Source: Candidatus Dormiibacter spiritus
GTDB taxonomy: Bacteria; Chloroflexota; Dormibacteria; Dormibacterales; Dormibacteraceae
Length of the DNA: 64,000 nucleotides
Reading direction: 5' to 3'
Assembly (NCBI GenBank): GCA_003244185.1
Contig: QHBT01000010.1
Location: 29,726 to 93,725, forward strand
In this document: positions 36,659-44,431 of the stretch, one piece after another
How positions within the stretch are numbered: the first letter of the stretch is position 1
How the letters are laid out: every line of letters begins with the position of its first letter
Program-made: the position numbers and the translations under genes
The notes under the pieces: model-generated
Databases searched by the model: none
What the model was told of the DNA's origin: nothing
Seen by the model: only the letters and a program-made list of their open reading frames with translations

Positions 36659-36940
36659 ATGAGCAGCACCGTTGAACTGATTCCGCTCTTGAACGTCGTT
36701 CCGCCGGAGAATTTTGAAGTCGGCCCCGGCTTTAACGCCGTCGTCAACGAGGAGAGCGTGCATGTTCGGGCAGTGCTGGAACGAACGGTTGTGGTGGAGC
36801 ATTCGAGCGGGGAACGCACAGTCGTGCGCAAGGATCTGTGCCTGGTCAAGGAAGGCTCAGTGCCCTTCATTCCCGGCAACCCGAACGGAGGGGTCGGGCC
36901 CCGGCAATGGCGCCGGCTGCCCGGTAAACCGCCCCGCTAG
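36659..36940 (+). CDS. small hypothetical protein, paralog B of a tandem pair. Start ATG 36659.
   Basis: GGAGG (36648-36652) lies 6 nt upstream of ATG 36659. The core VELIPLLNV...VHVRAVLERTVVVEH...CLV aligns with paralog A. Confidence 0.55.
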   Translation: MSSTVELIPLLNVVPPENFEVGPGFNAVVNEESVHVRAVLERTVVVEHSSGERTVVRKDLCLVKEGSVPFIPGNPNGGVGPRQWRRLPGKPPR

Positions 36941-36989
36941 AGGCAGCCTCCTTGCTGTCGGGTAAGCGCCTTGCGGACGCCGCCGGCGC

Positions 36990-38582
36990 TCAGTCCAGAA
37001 GTTCGTAGGCGGGCAGCGTCAGGAAGTCGACGAAGTCGTCGGCCAGGGCGACCTGGTCGAAAACTCTGCGAGCGTCGTTGAAGCGGCCTGACGAGTAGCT
37101 CTCGCCGTAGCTCTGCCGCAGCTTCTCCAGTTCCTGGTCGGCGATCTCACCTACCAGTTCCTTGGTCACCGGCCGCCCATCTTCCAGGCGGACGCCGTGC
37201 CGCACCCACTGCCAGACCTGAGAGCGTGAAATCTCGGCGGTGGCCGCGTCCTCCATCAGATTGTTGATGGCTGCCGCTCCGTTGCCGCGCAGCCAGGACT
37301 CGATGTACTGGATGCCGACGCTGACATTGAGGCGGAGTCCCGCCTCGGTGATGGCCCCACCGCCGATCGCGAGATTGAGCAGTTCAGCCGGTTTCACCTG
37401 AACGTCATCGCGCAACTTGTCGATCTGGTTGGGCCGTTTGCCCAACACCTCGTCGAAGCACTCCGTGGCGGCCTGAACGAGGTCCGGGTGGGCCACCCAG
37501 GTCCCATCGAAGCCGGCCTCTGCCTCCCGCACCTTGTCTTCGCGCACCTTCTCCAAGGCCACGCGGTTTACCTCGGCGTCCTTGCGGCTGGGGATGAAAG
37601 CCGCCATGCCGCCCATGGCAAAGGTGCCGCGTCGGTGGCAAGTGCTCACCAGGAGCTCGGTGTAGGCACGCATGAAGGGAACCGTCATGGTGACCTGGGC
37701 CCGGTCTGGCAGCACCATGTCGGAGCGGTCCCGGAACTTCTTGATGACGCTGAAGATGTAGTCCCAACGGCCCGCGTTCAGCCCGATGGAGTGCTCCCGG
37801 AGTTCGTAAAGGATCTCATCCATCTCGTAGGCGGCGAGGATCGTCTCGATCAGGACTGTGGCCCGGATGGTGCCTCGCTCAAGGCCCAGCGTTTCCTCGG
37901 CATGCGTGAAGACGTCGTTCCAGAGCCGGGCCTCCCGGTGGCTTTCCAGCTTGGGCAGGTAGAAGCAGGTGCTGAGGCCCTTGCGGCGCCGCCTCTCGGC
38001 GTTGTGAAACGTGTACAGCCCGAAGTCCATCAGACCGCCGGCGATCTGGCCGCCGTCGACCAAGAGATGCTTCTCGGGTAAATGCCAGCCCCGCGCGCGT
38101 ACCAAGAGGTAGGCAGGGTTCGGCTTCAGCTTGTATTCCTTGCCCTCTGGCGTCCGCAGCTCGATGCTGCCCTCGATGGCCTCGATCAGGTTCACCTGGC
38201 CGTCGAGGTTGTTCTGCCACGTCGGTGAGTTGGCGTCCTCAAAGTCGGCCATGAAAACCCGGGCGCCGGAGTTGAGAGCGTTGATCAGCATCTTCCGCTC
38301 AACGGGCCCTGTGATCTCGACGCGCCGGTCCTGCAGGTCGCGAGGTGGCGGCGCAGTCTTCCAGTCGCCGTCGCGGATATGCCTTGTCTCCGGCAAGAAA
38401 TCCGGCCGGACGCCGCCCGCCAGCTGGCTCTCCCGCTCCCGCCGCGAGGCCAGGAGCTCGTGCCGCCGGCCATCGAAGCGCCTGTGCAGCCCTGCCAAGA
38501 ACTCCAGCGCCTCCGGCGTCAGGATCTCGGCGTGGCGCCCTTCAATGGGGCCCCTGACGTCAACTCCCTGCACCTCGATCAT
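36990..38582 (-). CDS. aceB: malate synthase A. Start ATG 38582.
   Basis: [33 protein letters not shown] and RATVLIETI motifs. GAGGAGGA lies 6 nt upstream of ATG 38582. Confidence 0.9.
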   Translation of the reverse strand: MIEVQGVDVRGPIEGRHAEILTPEALEFLAGLHRRFDGRRHELLASRRERESQLAGGVRPDFLPETRHIRDGDWKTAPPPRDLQDRRVEITGPVERKMLINALNSGARVFMADFEDANSPTWQNNLDGQVNLIEAIEGSIELRTPEGKEYKLKPNPAYLLVRARGWHLPEKHLLVDGGQIAGGLMDFGLYTFHNAERRRRKGLSTCFYLPKLESHREARLWNDVFTHAEETLGLERGTIRATVLIETILAAYEMDEILYELREHSIGLNAGRWDYIFSVIKKFRDRSDMVLPDRAQVTMTVPFMRAYTELLVSTCHRRGTFAMGGMAAFIPSRKDAEVNRVALEKVREDKVREAEAGFDGTWVAHPDLVQAATECFDEVLGKRPNQIDKLRDDVQVKPAELLNLAIGGGAITEAGLRLNVSVGIQYIESWLRGNGAAAINNLMEDAATAEISRSQVWQWVRHGVRLEDGRPVTKELVGEIADQELEKLRQSYGESYSSGRFNDARRVFDQVALADDFVDFLTLPAYELLD

Positions 38583-38688
38583 GCCTCGTCCTCCTCGTCC
38601 CACCTGCGCTGATCAGCCATGTGCGTCCGACTCTACGCGGCGGTCAACCGAGCCCGACCGCACCGGCCTGAGGCACGAGGACGGGGGA

Positions 38689-38765
38689 TGGTGCCGAGAC
38701 CCAGATTTGAACTGGGGACACCTTGATTTTCAGTCAAGTGCTCTACCAAGCTGAGCTATCTCGGC
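38689..38765 (-). tRNA. tRNA-Phe (anticodon GAA), CCA encoded
   Basis: Reverse complement GCCGAGATAGCTCAGCTTGGTAGAGCACTTGACTGAAAATCAAGGTGTCCCCAGTTCAAATCTGGGTCTCGGCACCA. 77 nt. Confidence 0.95.
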
Positions 38766-38934
38766 ACGGCGGACCATTCTAGTGTCCTGGAACTGACCAC
38801 GAGGTCGATGACTTCGTGGGCGGAAGGAAAAGGTGGTGCAAAAGGAGGAGTGAGGCAAGGAACTTCGGTTCCAGGAAGTCGTGTCCAGGACGCCGGCGGT
38901 GGACCTGATCACCCGGATCATCCAGCTCCGGGCG

Positions 38935-39008
38935 TGGGCGGTGAGAGGTTCGAACTCCCGACCTCCTCGGTGTAAACGAGGCGCTCTGACCAGCTGAGCT
39001 AACCGCCC
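38935..39008 (-). tRNA. tRNA-Val (anticodon UAC), no encoded CCA
   Basis: Reverse complement GGGCGGTTAGCTCAGCTGGTCAGAGCGCCTCGTTTACACCGAGGAGGTCGGGAGTTCGAACCTCTCACCGCCCA. 74 nt. Confidence 0.95.
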
Positions 39009-39027
39009 CGAGGCCTGACCGCAGAGT

Positions 39028-40206
39028 CTACGGAGAGGCCGCCAGCTGCAGAGCTTGGTTCAGCTGCGCGTCGTCGGCGTGACCTCGCTCTGGCTGCAAT
39101 ACGTCGAACATGGCCGACTTCTTGGCCAGCGGCACTGCGACGTCAGGCTGCAGTCCACTCTTGTCGATGGATCGGCCGTCAGGCAGATACCAGCGCGCTA
39201 TTGTCAGGTGGAGGTCCCCGCCGTTCTGGAGCCTGTAGTCGACTTGAACCGAACCCTTACCGAAGGTCTTGGCTCCGACCAGGGCGCCGCGGTGGTGAGC
39301 CTGGAGGGAACCCGACACTATCTCCGAGGCGGACGCGCTGTCCTCATTGACCAGCACGAAGAGGCGAACCCCGGCTGCCGGGTGGTTACCGTCGACGTCG
39401 GTCCGCTGGACGCTGCCGTTCCTTCCGCGCTCTTCGAATACCTCTCCCCGATCGACGAAACGGCTCACCATCGCCACCGCGGCGCTGACCAGTCCGCCCC
39501 CGTTCTCTCGTAGATCAAGCACCACGCTGTGAGCCGCCGGCAGGCCTGCTGCCAGTTGGCTGTCGAATTCGTCCCGAGTGCGATCTCCGAACTGATATAC
39601 CCGCAGATACAGCACCGAGCCCGGCAGCGAAGCTGCCTCAACGCTCGGACTCTGGAAGTCCTGCCGCTCCACAGTCACATCCAGTTCGCCGCTGCCCCGC
39701 CGGAGGTGAAGGACCACCTGGGTCCCCACCTGGCCTCTGATGAGGGCGGAGGACTCCTCCGGCTTCAAGTTCAAAGCCGGTTTGCCGTCGATGGCCAGGA
39801 TCACGTCTCCTGTCTTGAGGCCGGCTTTCAGCGCCGGCGAAGCCGGCAGCAGCCCAGTGATGACCGGATAGCCACCCTGGTAGTCAACGTAGATGCCGAT
39901 GAGCCCCGCGTGGCGGCCTGAGTAGCTGTCCTGCTGCTGGCGGTACTGGGCAGGGTCCAGATAGGCGCTGTAGGGATCGCCCAGGGCCTGCACCATGCCT
40001 CTGATGCTGCCCTGGCTCAAACTGCCCGAGTCAAGCTTGTCGTTGTAGTACTGGGTGCGCAGGAGCCGCTGTGCCTGGTTGACGCTGGCCTGGTCGAACT
40101 GCCCCGAACCCGACTGGCCGGGGAGGACCGGAACTATGTCGGGGAAGTTCTGATCCGCCCAGACGCCGCCCGTGAACGACAGTAGTATCAGGACCAGCCC
40201 GGCCAT
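39028..40206 (-). CDS. S41 family C-terminal processing peptidase (Ctp)
   Basis: PDZ segment (GLKTGDVILAIDG) and the catalytic region NEDSASASEIVSG...GAKTFGKGSVQ. Confidence 0.9.
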   Translation of the reverse strand: MAGLVLILLSFTGGVWADQNFPDIVPVLPGQSGSGQFDQASVNQAQRLLRTQYYNDKLDSGSLSQGSIRGMVQALGDPYSAYLDPAQYRQQQDSYSGRHAGLIGIYVDYQGGYPVITGLLPASPALKAGLKTGDVILAIDGKPALNLKPEESSALIRGQVGTQVVLHLRRGSGELDVTVERQDFQSPSVEAASLPGSVLYLRVYQFGDRTRDEFDSQLAAGLPAAHSVVLDLRENGGGLVSAAVAMVSRFVDRGEVFEERGRNGSVQRTDVDGNHPAAGVRLFVLVNEDSASASEIVSGSLQAHHRGALVGAKTFGKGSVQVDYRLQNGGDLHLTIARWYLPDGRSIDKSGLQPDVAVPLAKKSAMFDVLQPERGHADDAQLNQALQLAASP

Positions 40207-40274
40207 AGCCTGGCGCCACCAGCCGAAGCTGAGCCGTCGAAGGATTCTGAGCGTTCTGCCCTACTTCCTGTGCG

Positions 40275-41543
40275 TCACGCGAGATATGCCTGCGGGTTCA
40301 CCCAGCTCCCGTTGTACAGCACGCCAAAGTGGAGGTGAGCGCCAGTCGAGTAGCCGGTCGAGCCCTCGTTGCCTATGATGTCGCCCCGGTTGACGTGCTG
40401 GCCGACACTGACGTTGACCGCTGAGAGGTGCGCGTAGTACGTGGTGAAGCCACCGGCGTGCGTGATGATCACGTGGTTGCCATAGCCGCCGCCGCAGCTC
40501 CAGAAGCCTTCGCTGCACCCAGTCACCACATCGCTCACTATGCCCATGTCCGCAGCGCCGACGGGCGTTCCCCAGGCCGCTCCGATGTCGATTCCCTGGT
40601 GGAAGTGGCGGCTGGGGCAGTTGGGATCGTAGGGCTCGCCGAGCAGGTCGCTGCAGCCGAAGCCCTGGGTGATGTAACCCTGTTCCGGCCAGCCCAGCCG
40701 GCCCGCCCCACCCCCGCCGGTGTTGCCACCACCGCCACCGGCCGCGGCCCGCTGGGCGGCCTCCTGGCGTAGCCGCTCGAGTTCGGCGGCGTATTGAGCT
40801 TGCAGTTCTATCGCCTTCTGAGCCGTGCGCTCGTTCTCGGCGCTCTGGACTGCCGCCTGCTGCTGGTACTGGGCCTCCAGTGATTGCTCATACGTCAGCA
40901 CCGACTGCTGATCGGCCAGGGACTTGTCAAGCGCGGCCTTCTGGTCCTTCTGCTGATTCAGGAGCGCAGCCTGCTCCTGGCGGCGGCCCTGCTGCTGGCT
41001 TTCCAGCTGTCGCACCTGCTCCTTGTCCGCCTTGAGGCTCTTCACCTGTCTCTGGTCGGAATCGATGATCTGCTGCATGATGGCCACCCTATCGACCATG
41101 TCGGTGAAACTCCGCGAGGTCACCAGCACCTCCACGTAGTTGAGCTCCCCGTGCTTCGTGAGCTCCCGGGCCCGCTGATCCAGCAGCTGCTGCTTCAGCG
41201 TTATCTGCTGGTCGCGGCGGGTGATGTCAGCCCCCGTGTAGCGCAAATCCCGTTCGGTCCTGGCCAGCTTGAGGCTGGTGTCGGCGATCGCCTTCTTCTG
41301 CTGCTCGATCTGCCCCGAGAGCTGCTTGATCAGCTCCTGCGCCACGCGCTCCTTCTCCTGAGCGTCAGCCACGCTCTGCTGGAGCTGTTGGAGCAGTGCC
41401 TCGACATCCTTCTTGTGCTGATCGTTCTGTTTGATCTGCTGGCAGATCGGATCGTTGGGGTCGCAATCCGCCAGCACGGTTTTTGGCACCAAGGCTGTGG
41501 GCAGCAAGGGGACCAGCAGAAGCAGCAGCAGGAGAGCGCGCAC
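40275..41543 (-). CDS. M23 family peptidoglycan metalloendopeptidase with a long N-terminal coiled coil (EnvC-like)
   Basis: Signal peptide, Gln/Glu-rich coiled coil, and a C-terminal LytM domain (HQGIDIGA...YYAHLS...GSTGYSTGAHLHFGV). Adjacent to ftsEX. Confidence 0.9.
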   Translation of the reverse strand: MRALLLLLLLVPLLPTALVPKTVLADCDPNDPICQQIKQNDQHKKDVEALLQQLQQSVADAQEKERVAQELIKQLSGQIEQQKKAIADTSLKLARTERDLRYTGADITRRDQQITLKQQLLDQRARELTKHGELNYVEVLVTSRSFTDMVDRVAIMQQIIDSDQRQVKSLKADKEQVRQLESQQQGRRQEQAALLNQQKDQKAALDKSLADQQSVLTYEQSLEAQYQQQAAVQSAENERTAQKAIELQAQYAAELERLRQEAAQRAAAGGGGGNTGGGGAGRLGWPEQGYITQGFGCSDLLGEPYDPNCPSRHFHQGIDIGAAWGTPVGAADMGIVSDVVTGCSEGFWSCGGGYGNHVIITHAGGFTTYYAHLSAVNVSVGQHVNRGDIIGNEGSTGYSTGAHLHFGVLYNGSWVNPQAYLA

Positions 41544-41550
41544 CAGCTGC

Positions 41551-42447
41551 TCAGAGTCTCACGAAGCGGCGGACGCTGATGAAGCTCCCGACCAGTCCCA
41601 ACCCGCTGCCCAACGCCAGCATCTCCAACCCCAGCGGGACCACGAAGCTGGGGTCGTAGGCGAGCGGCAGGAAAAACAAATCCTGCTGGAAGCGCGCGAC
41701 AAAGGGCCTGTAGATGGCGAGGAGAACCGCCACCGCCAGCGCCGCGGCGATCATTCCCGTCAGCCAGCCCTCGATCAGGAAAGGCCGGCGGACGAACCAC
41801 TCGGTGGCTCCGACCAGCTTCATCACCTCGATCTCCCGCCGGCGATGATAGACAGCCGTGCGAATGGTGTTCATCACTATCACCACGGAAATCAGCAGGA
41901 GCACTGCGAAAAGTCCGAGGCCGGCGATTGTCAAATAGTTGGAGAGCCTCACCATGTTGGCTATGAAGTCGCCCTGATAATCGGTGGGGTTGGTCCGATC
42001 GGCGCCGCGCCAGCTTCGGGCCAGGCCGTCGATAGTGCTCACGTCAGAAAGGTGCCGGACCGAAACCTCGATCTTGGCCGGCACGGGATTGCTATCCAGC
42101 TGCTGCAGCAGCTGCTGGTTGCGAGGATCGCTGGCAAACCGGCGCAGCTCCTCGTCCTTGCTGACGAAGCGGACGTTGGTCACTTCCGGGCGCTCCCGCA
42201 GTTCCGCCATGAAATCGCTGACTGACGCCAGGGGAGTTCCGTCCGCGACACTTACGCTGATGACGCTCACGCGCTGCTTGTAGCCTTCCAGCACCTGGCT
42301 CAGCGCATGGCCGAGCAGCAGGCTCGTCCCACCCAGCAGCAGGATGAGCATTATCGAAAGCACAGCGGCAACAGTGACGCCGCCGTTGCGCCAGAAGCTC
42401 TGCCAGCCGCTGTTAGAGGTGAACAGCAGCTGCCGGAAGAACCTCAT
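41551..42447 (-). CDS. ftsX: cell division permease-like protein FtsX
   Basis: Four-TM FtsX layout with a large first periplasmic loop. Follows ftsE. Confidence 0.9.
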   Translation of the reverse strand: MRFFRQLLFTSNSGWQSFWRNGGVTVAAVLSIMLILLLGGTSLLLGHALSQVLEGYKQRVSVISVSVADGTPLASVSDFMAELRERPEVTNVRFVSKDEELRRFASDPRNQQLLQQLDSNPVPAKIEVSVRHLSDVSTIDGLARSWRGADRTNPTDYQGDFIANMVRLSNYLTIAGLGLFAVLLLISVVIVMNTIRTAVYHRRREIEVMKLVGATEWFVRRPFLIEGWLTGMIAAALAVAVLLAIYRPFVARFQQDLFFLPLAYDPSFVVPLGLEMLALGSGLGLVGSFISVRRFVRL

Positions 42448-43153
42448 GGTACCTCCCTGATCGGTCGTCTCTGACGACCTGGCCGCCGTCGATGGCGATC
42501 ACCCGCCGCCGGAGCATGTCAACTATCTCCCGATTGTGAGTGGCCATCACCACTGTCGCCCCGCCAGCGTTGATGCGCAGGAACAATTGCATGATCTCCC
42601 AGGCGGTGGCGGGATCCAGGTTTCCGGTCGGCTCGTCCGCCAGGATGAGCCGCGGCGCATGCACCAGAGCGCGGGCGATGGCGACCCGCTGCTGTTCGCC
42701 ACCGGAGAGTTCGCTGGGATACTTGCGCCGCTTATCTTCGAGGCCCACGGTCGCCAGGGCCTCGCTGACCCGAGCGGAGACCACGCGACTCGACTCGCCC
42801 AGAACACGAAGTGCAAAGGCCACGTTTTCGTAGACAGTGAGCCGCGGCAGCAGCTTGTAATCCTGGAAGACCAGGCCCACCTGGCGCCGAAAGTGGGGCA
42901 GGCGCCAGCGCTTCATGCGACCCAACTCCAAACCGTTGATGAAGATCTTGCCCTTGCTGGGCTTCTCCTCTCGGATCAGCAGGCGAACGAGTGTGGACTT
43001 GCCGGCGCCGGAGGGACCGACTAGAAACAGAAACTCGCCCGCGGGGACTTCCAGCGAGATGTCGCGCAGCGCCAGCGTGCCGTTGGGATATCGCTTCCAG
43101 ACGTGCTGCAAGCTGATGACCGGCCTGGAATTGAAGCGTGGAGCTAGGATCAT
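42413..43153 (-). CDS. ftsE: cell division ATP-binding protein FtsE
   Basis: Walker [10 protein letters not shown], signature [15 protein letters not shown], and Walker [12 protein letters not shown]. Confidence 0.95.
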   Translation of the reverse strand: MILAPRFNSRPVISLQHVWKRYPNGTLALRDISLEVPAGEFLFLVGPSGAGKSTLVRLLIREEKPSKGKIFINGLELGRMKRWRLPHFRRQVGLVFQDYKLLPRLTVYENVAFALRVLGESSRVVSARVSEALATVGLEDKRRKYPSELSGGEQQRVAIARALVHAPRLILADEPTGNLDPATAWEIMQLFLRINAGGATVVMATHNREIVDMLRRRVIAIDGGQVVRDDRSGRYHEVLPAAAVHL

Positions 43154-43222
43154 GGGTGCTGCGACAAATGGTGTGACTGTGAAGGAACTGCCAGCCGCTA
43201 AGCGGTGCTACCGACTTTGAGC

Positions 43223-43252
43223 AGTATAGACCCGGAAAAGAGGCCCGGTCAA
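43223..43252 (-). promoter_or_regulatory. promoter candidate for ftsEX-M23-ctp
   Basis: The minus strand reads TTGACC (43252-43247), 18-nt spacer, TATACT (43228-43223), about 70 nt upstream of the ftsE ATG. Confidence 0.5.
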
Positions 43253-43305
43253 ATTGCAGCCCACCCGCGAAAGTGCCCCGGCCGCCTCCGCGACGGCGTA
43301 CCGCG

Positions 43306-44431
43306 CTAGCCTTCGGCTAGCCGCCAGCGAAGCCAGCCCTCCAGGAAGGGCTCGAGTTGACCGTCCAGAACAGCCTGGGCGTTGCCGACCTCAACGCCCG
43401 TCCGCACGTCCTTGACCATTGTGTACGGCTGCAGCACGTAATTGCGAATCTGGCTGCCGAACTCGGCAGGCATCACGTCCCCGCGCAGTTCGTCCCGCTT
43501 CTTGGCAGCCTCCTCCTGCTGACGCTGGAAGATCCGCGCCCGGAGGACCTTCATGGCCAGCTCACGATTCTTCAGCTGGGAGCGCTCGTTCTGGCAGGAG
43601 ACCACTATCCCAGTCGGGAGATGCGTCAGCCGCACTGCCGAGTCGGTCTTGTTGACGTGCTGGCCACCGGCCCCGGTCGAGCGATAGGTGTCGACCCGAA
43701 GGTCCTCGGGATTGATCTCCACCTGCGCCTCTTCCCCCTCGGCCAGCTCGGGCATGACCTCCACCAGGGCGAACGAGGTGTGTCGGCGGTGATTCTGGTC
43801 GAAAGGCGAGATGCGGACCAGGCGATGTACACCGTGCTCGGCGCGCAGCAGGCCGTACGCTCGGCGGCCGCGGAGAACCAGGGTGGCCCCCTTCAGCCCT
43901 GCCTCTTCCCCAGCCGCCGTGTCGATCACCTCCACCTCGCATCCCGGCCGCAGGGTTGACCGCTCCTGGGCCGGCGGCTGCGCCCACTTCATGTACATGC
44001 GCATTAAGATCTCAACCCAGTCCTGAGCGTCAACGCCGCCCTGGCCGGCCGAGATGCTGAGCACGGCGTTGTGCCTGGCGTAGGGATCGGCGAAGAGCAC
44101 CTCCAACTCCAACTGCTGCAGCTCCTGATCGACAGCCAGGCTGTCGACTTTCACCTGCTCCGCCAGCTCTTCGTCCTGACCGGCGAGCTGCGCCAGCTCC
44201 TCCAAGTCCTCGGCTCGTCGCTGCAGCTGTTCCCAGACCGTGACTTCGTCGCGCAGCTCGCGAGCTTCTCGGGCAATCCCCCCGGCAGCCTGGGAATCCT
44301 CCCAGATGCCGGGCTCGGTCAGCTTGGCCTCGAGCTCCTCAGATCGGCGCCGCTTTTCCGGCAGGTCAAAGATGCTCCTTGAGCTCGAGGATGCGCCGAA
44401 GTTGCTCCGCGGGCGTGCGATCAGCGGCCAT
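43306..44431 (-). CDS. prfB: peptide chain release factor 2, with a programmed +1 frameshift (join 44431..44369 and 44367..43306)
   Basis: Frame 0 is ATG 44431 MAADRTPAEQLRRILELKEHL, then CTT TGA C. The +1 frame continues DLPEKRRRSEELEAKL... with the SPF and GGQHVN motifs. Confidence 0.95.
44365..44380 (-). other. RF2 autoregulatory +1 frameshift site
   Basis: The minus strand reads AAGGAG cat CTT TGA C: an internal SD-like element, 3-nt spacer, slippery CUU, then an in-frame UGA followed by C. Confidence 0.9.

Noticed and set aside
38850-38975. Plus-strand ORF starting at GTG 38850 just after a strong GGAGGA. The 63-aa minus-strand ORF 38730..38921 is rejected for the same reason.
   Set aside because: Both run into or overlap tRNA genes (Val and Phe respectively). 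The peptides are Gly/Pro/Arg-rich and unconserved-looking, and the purine run is better explained as part of the tRNA spacer.
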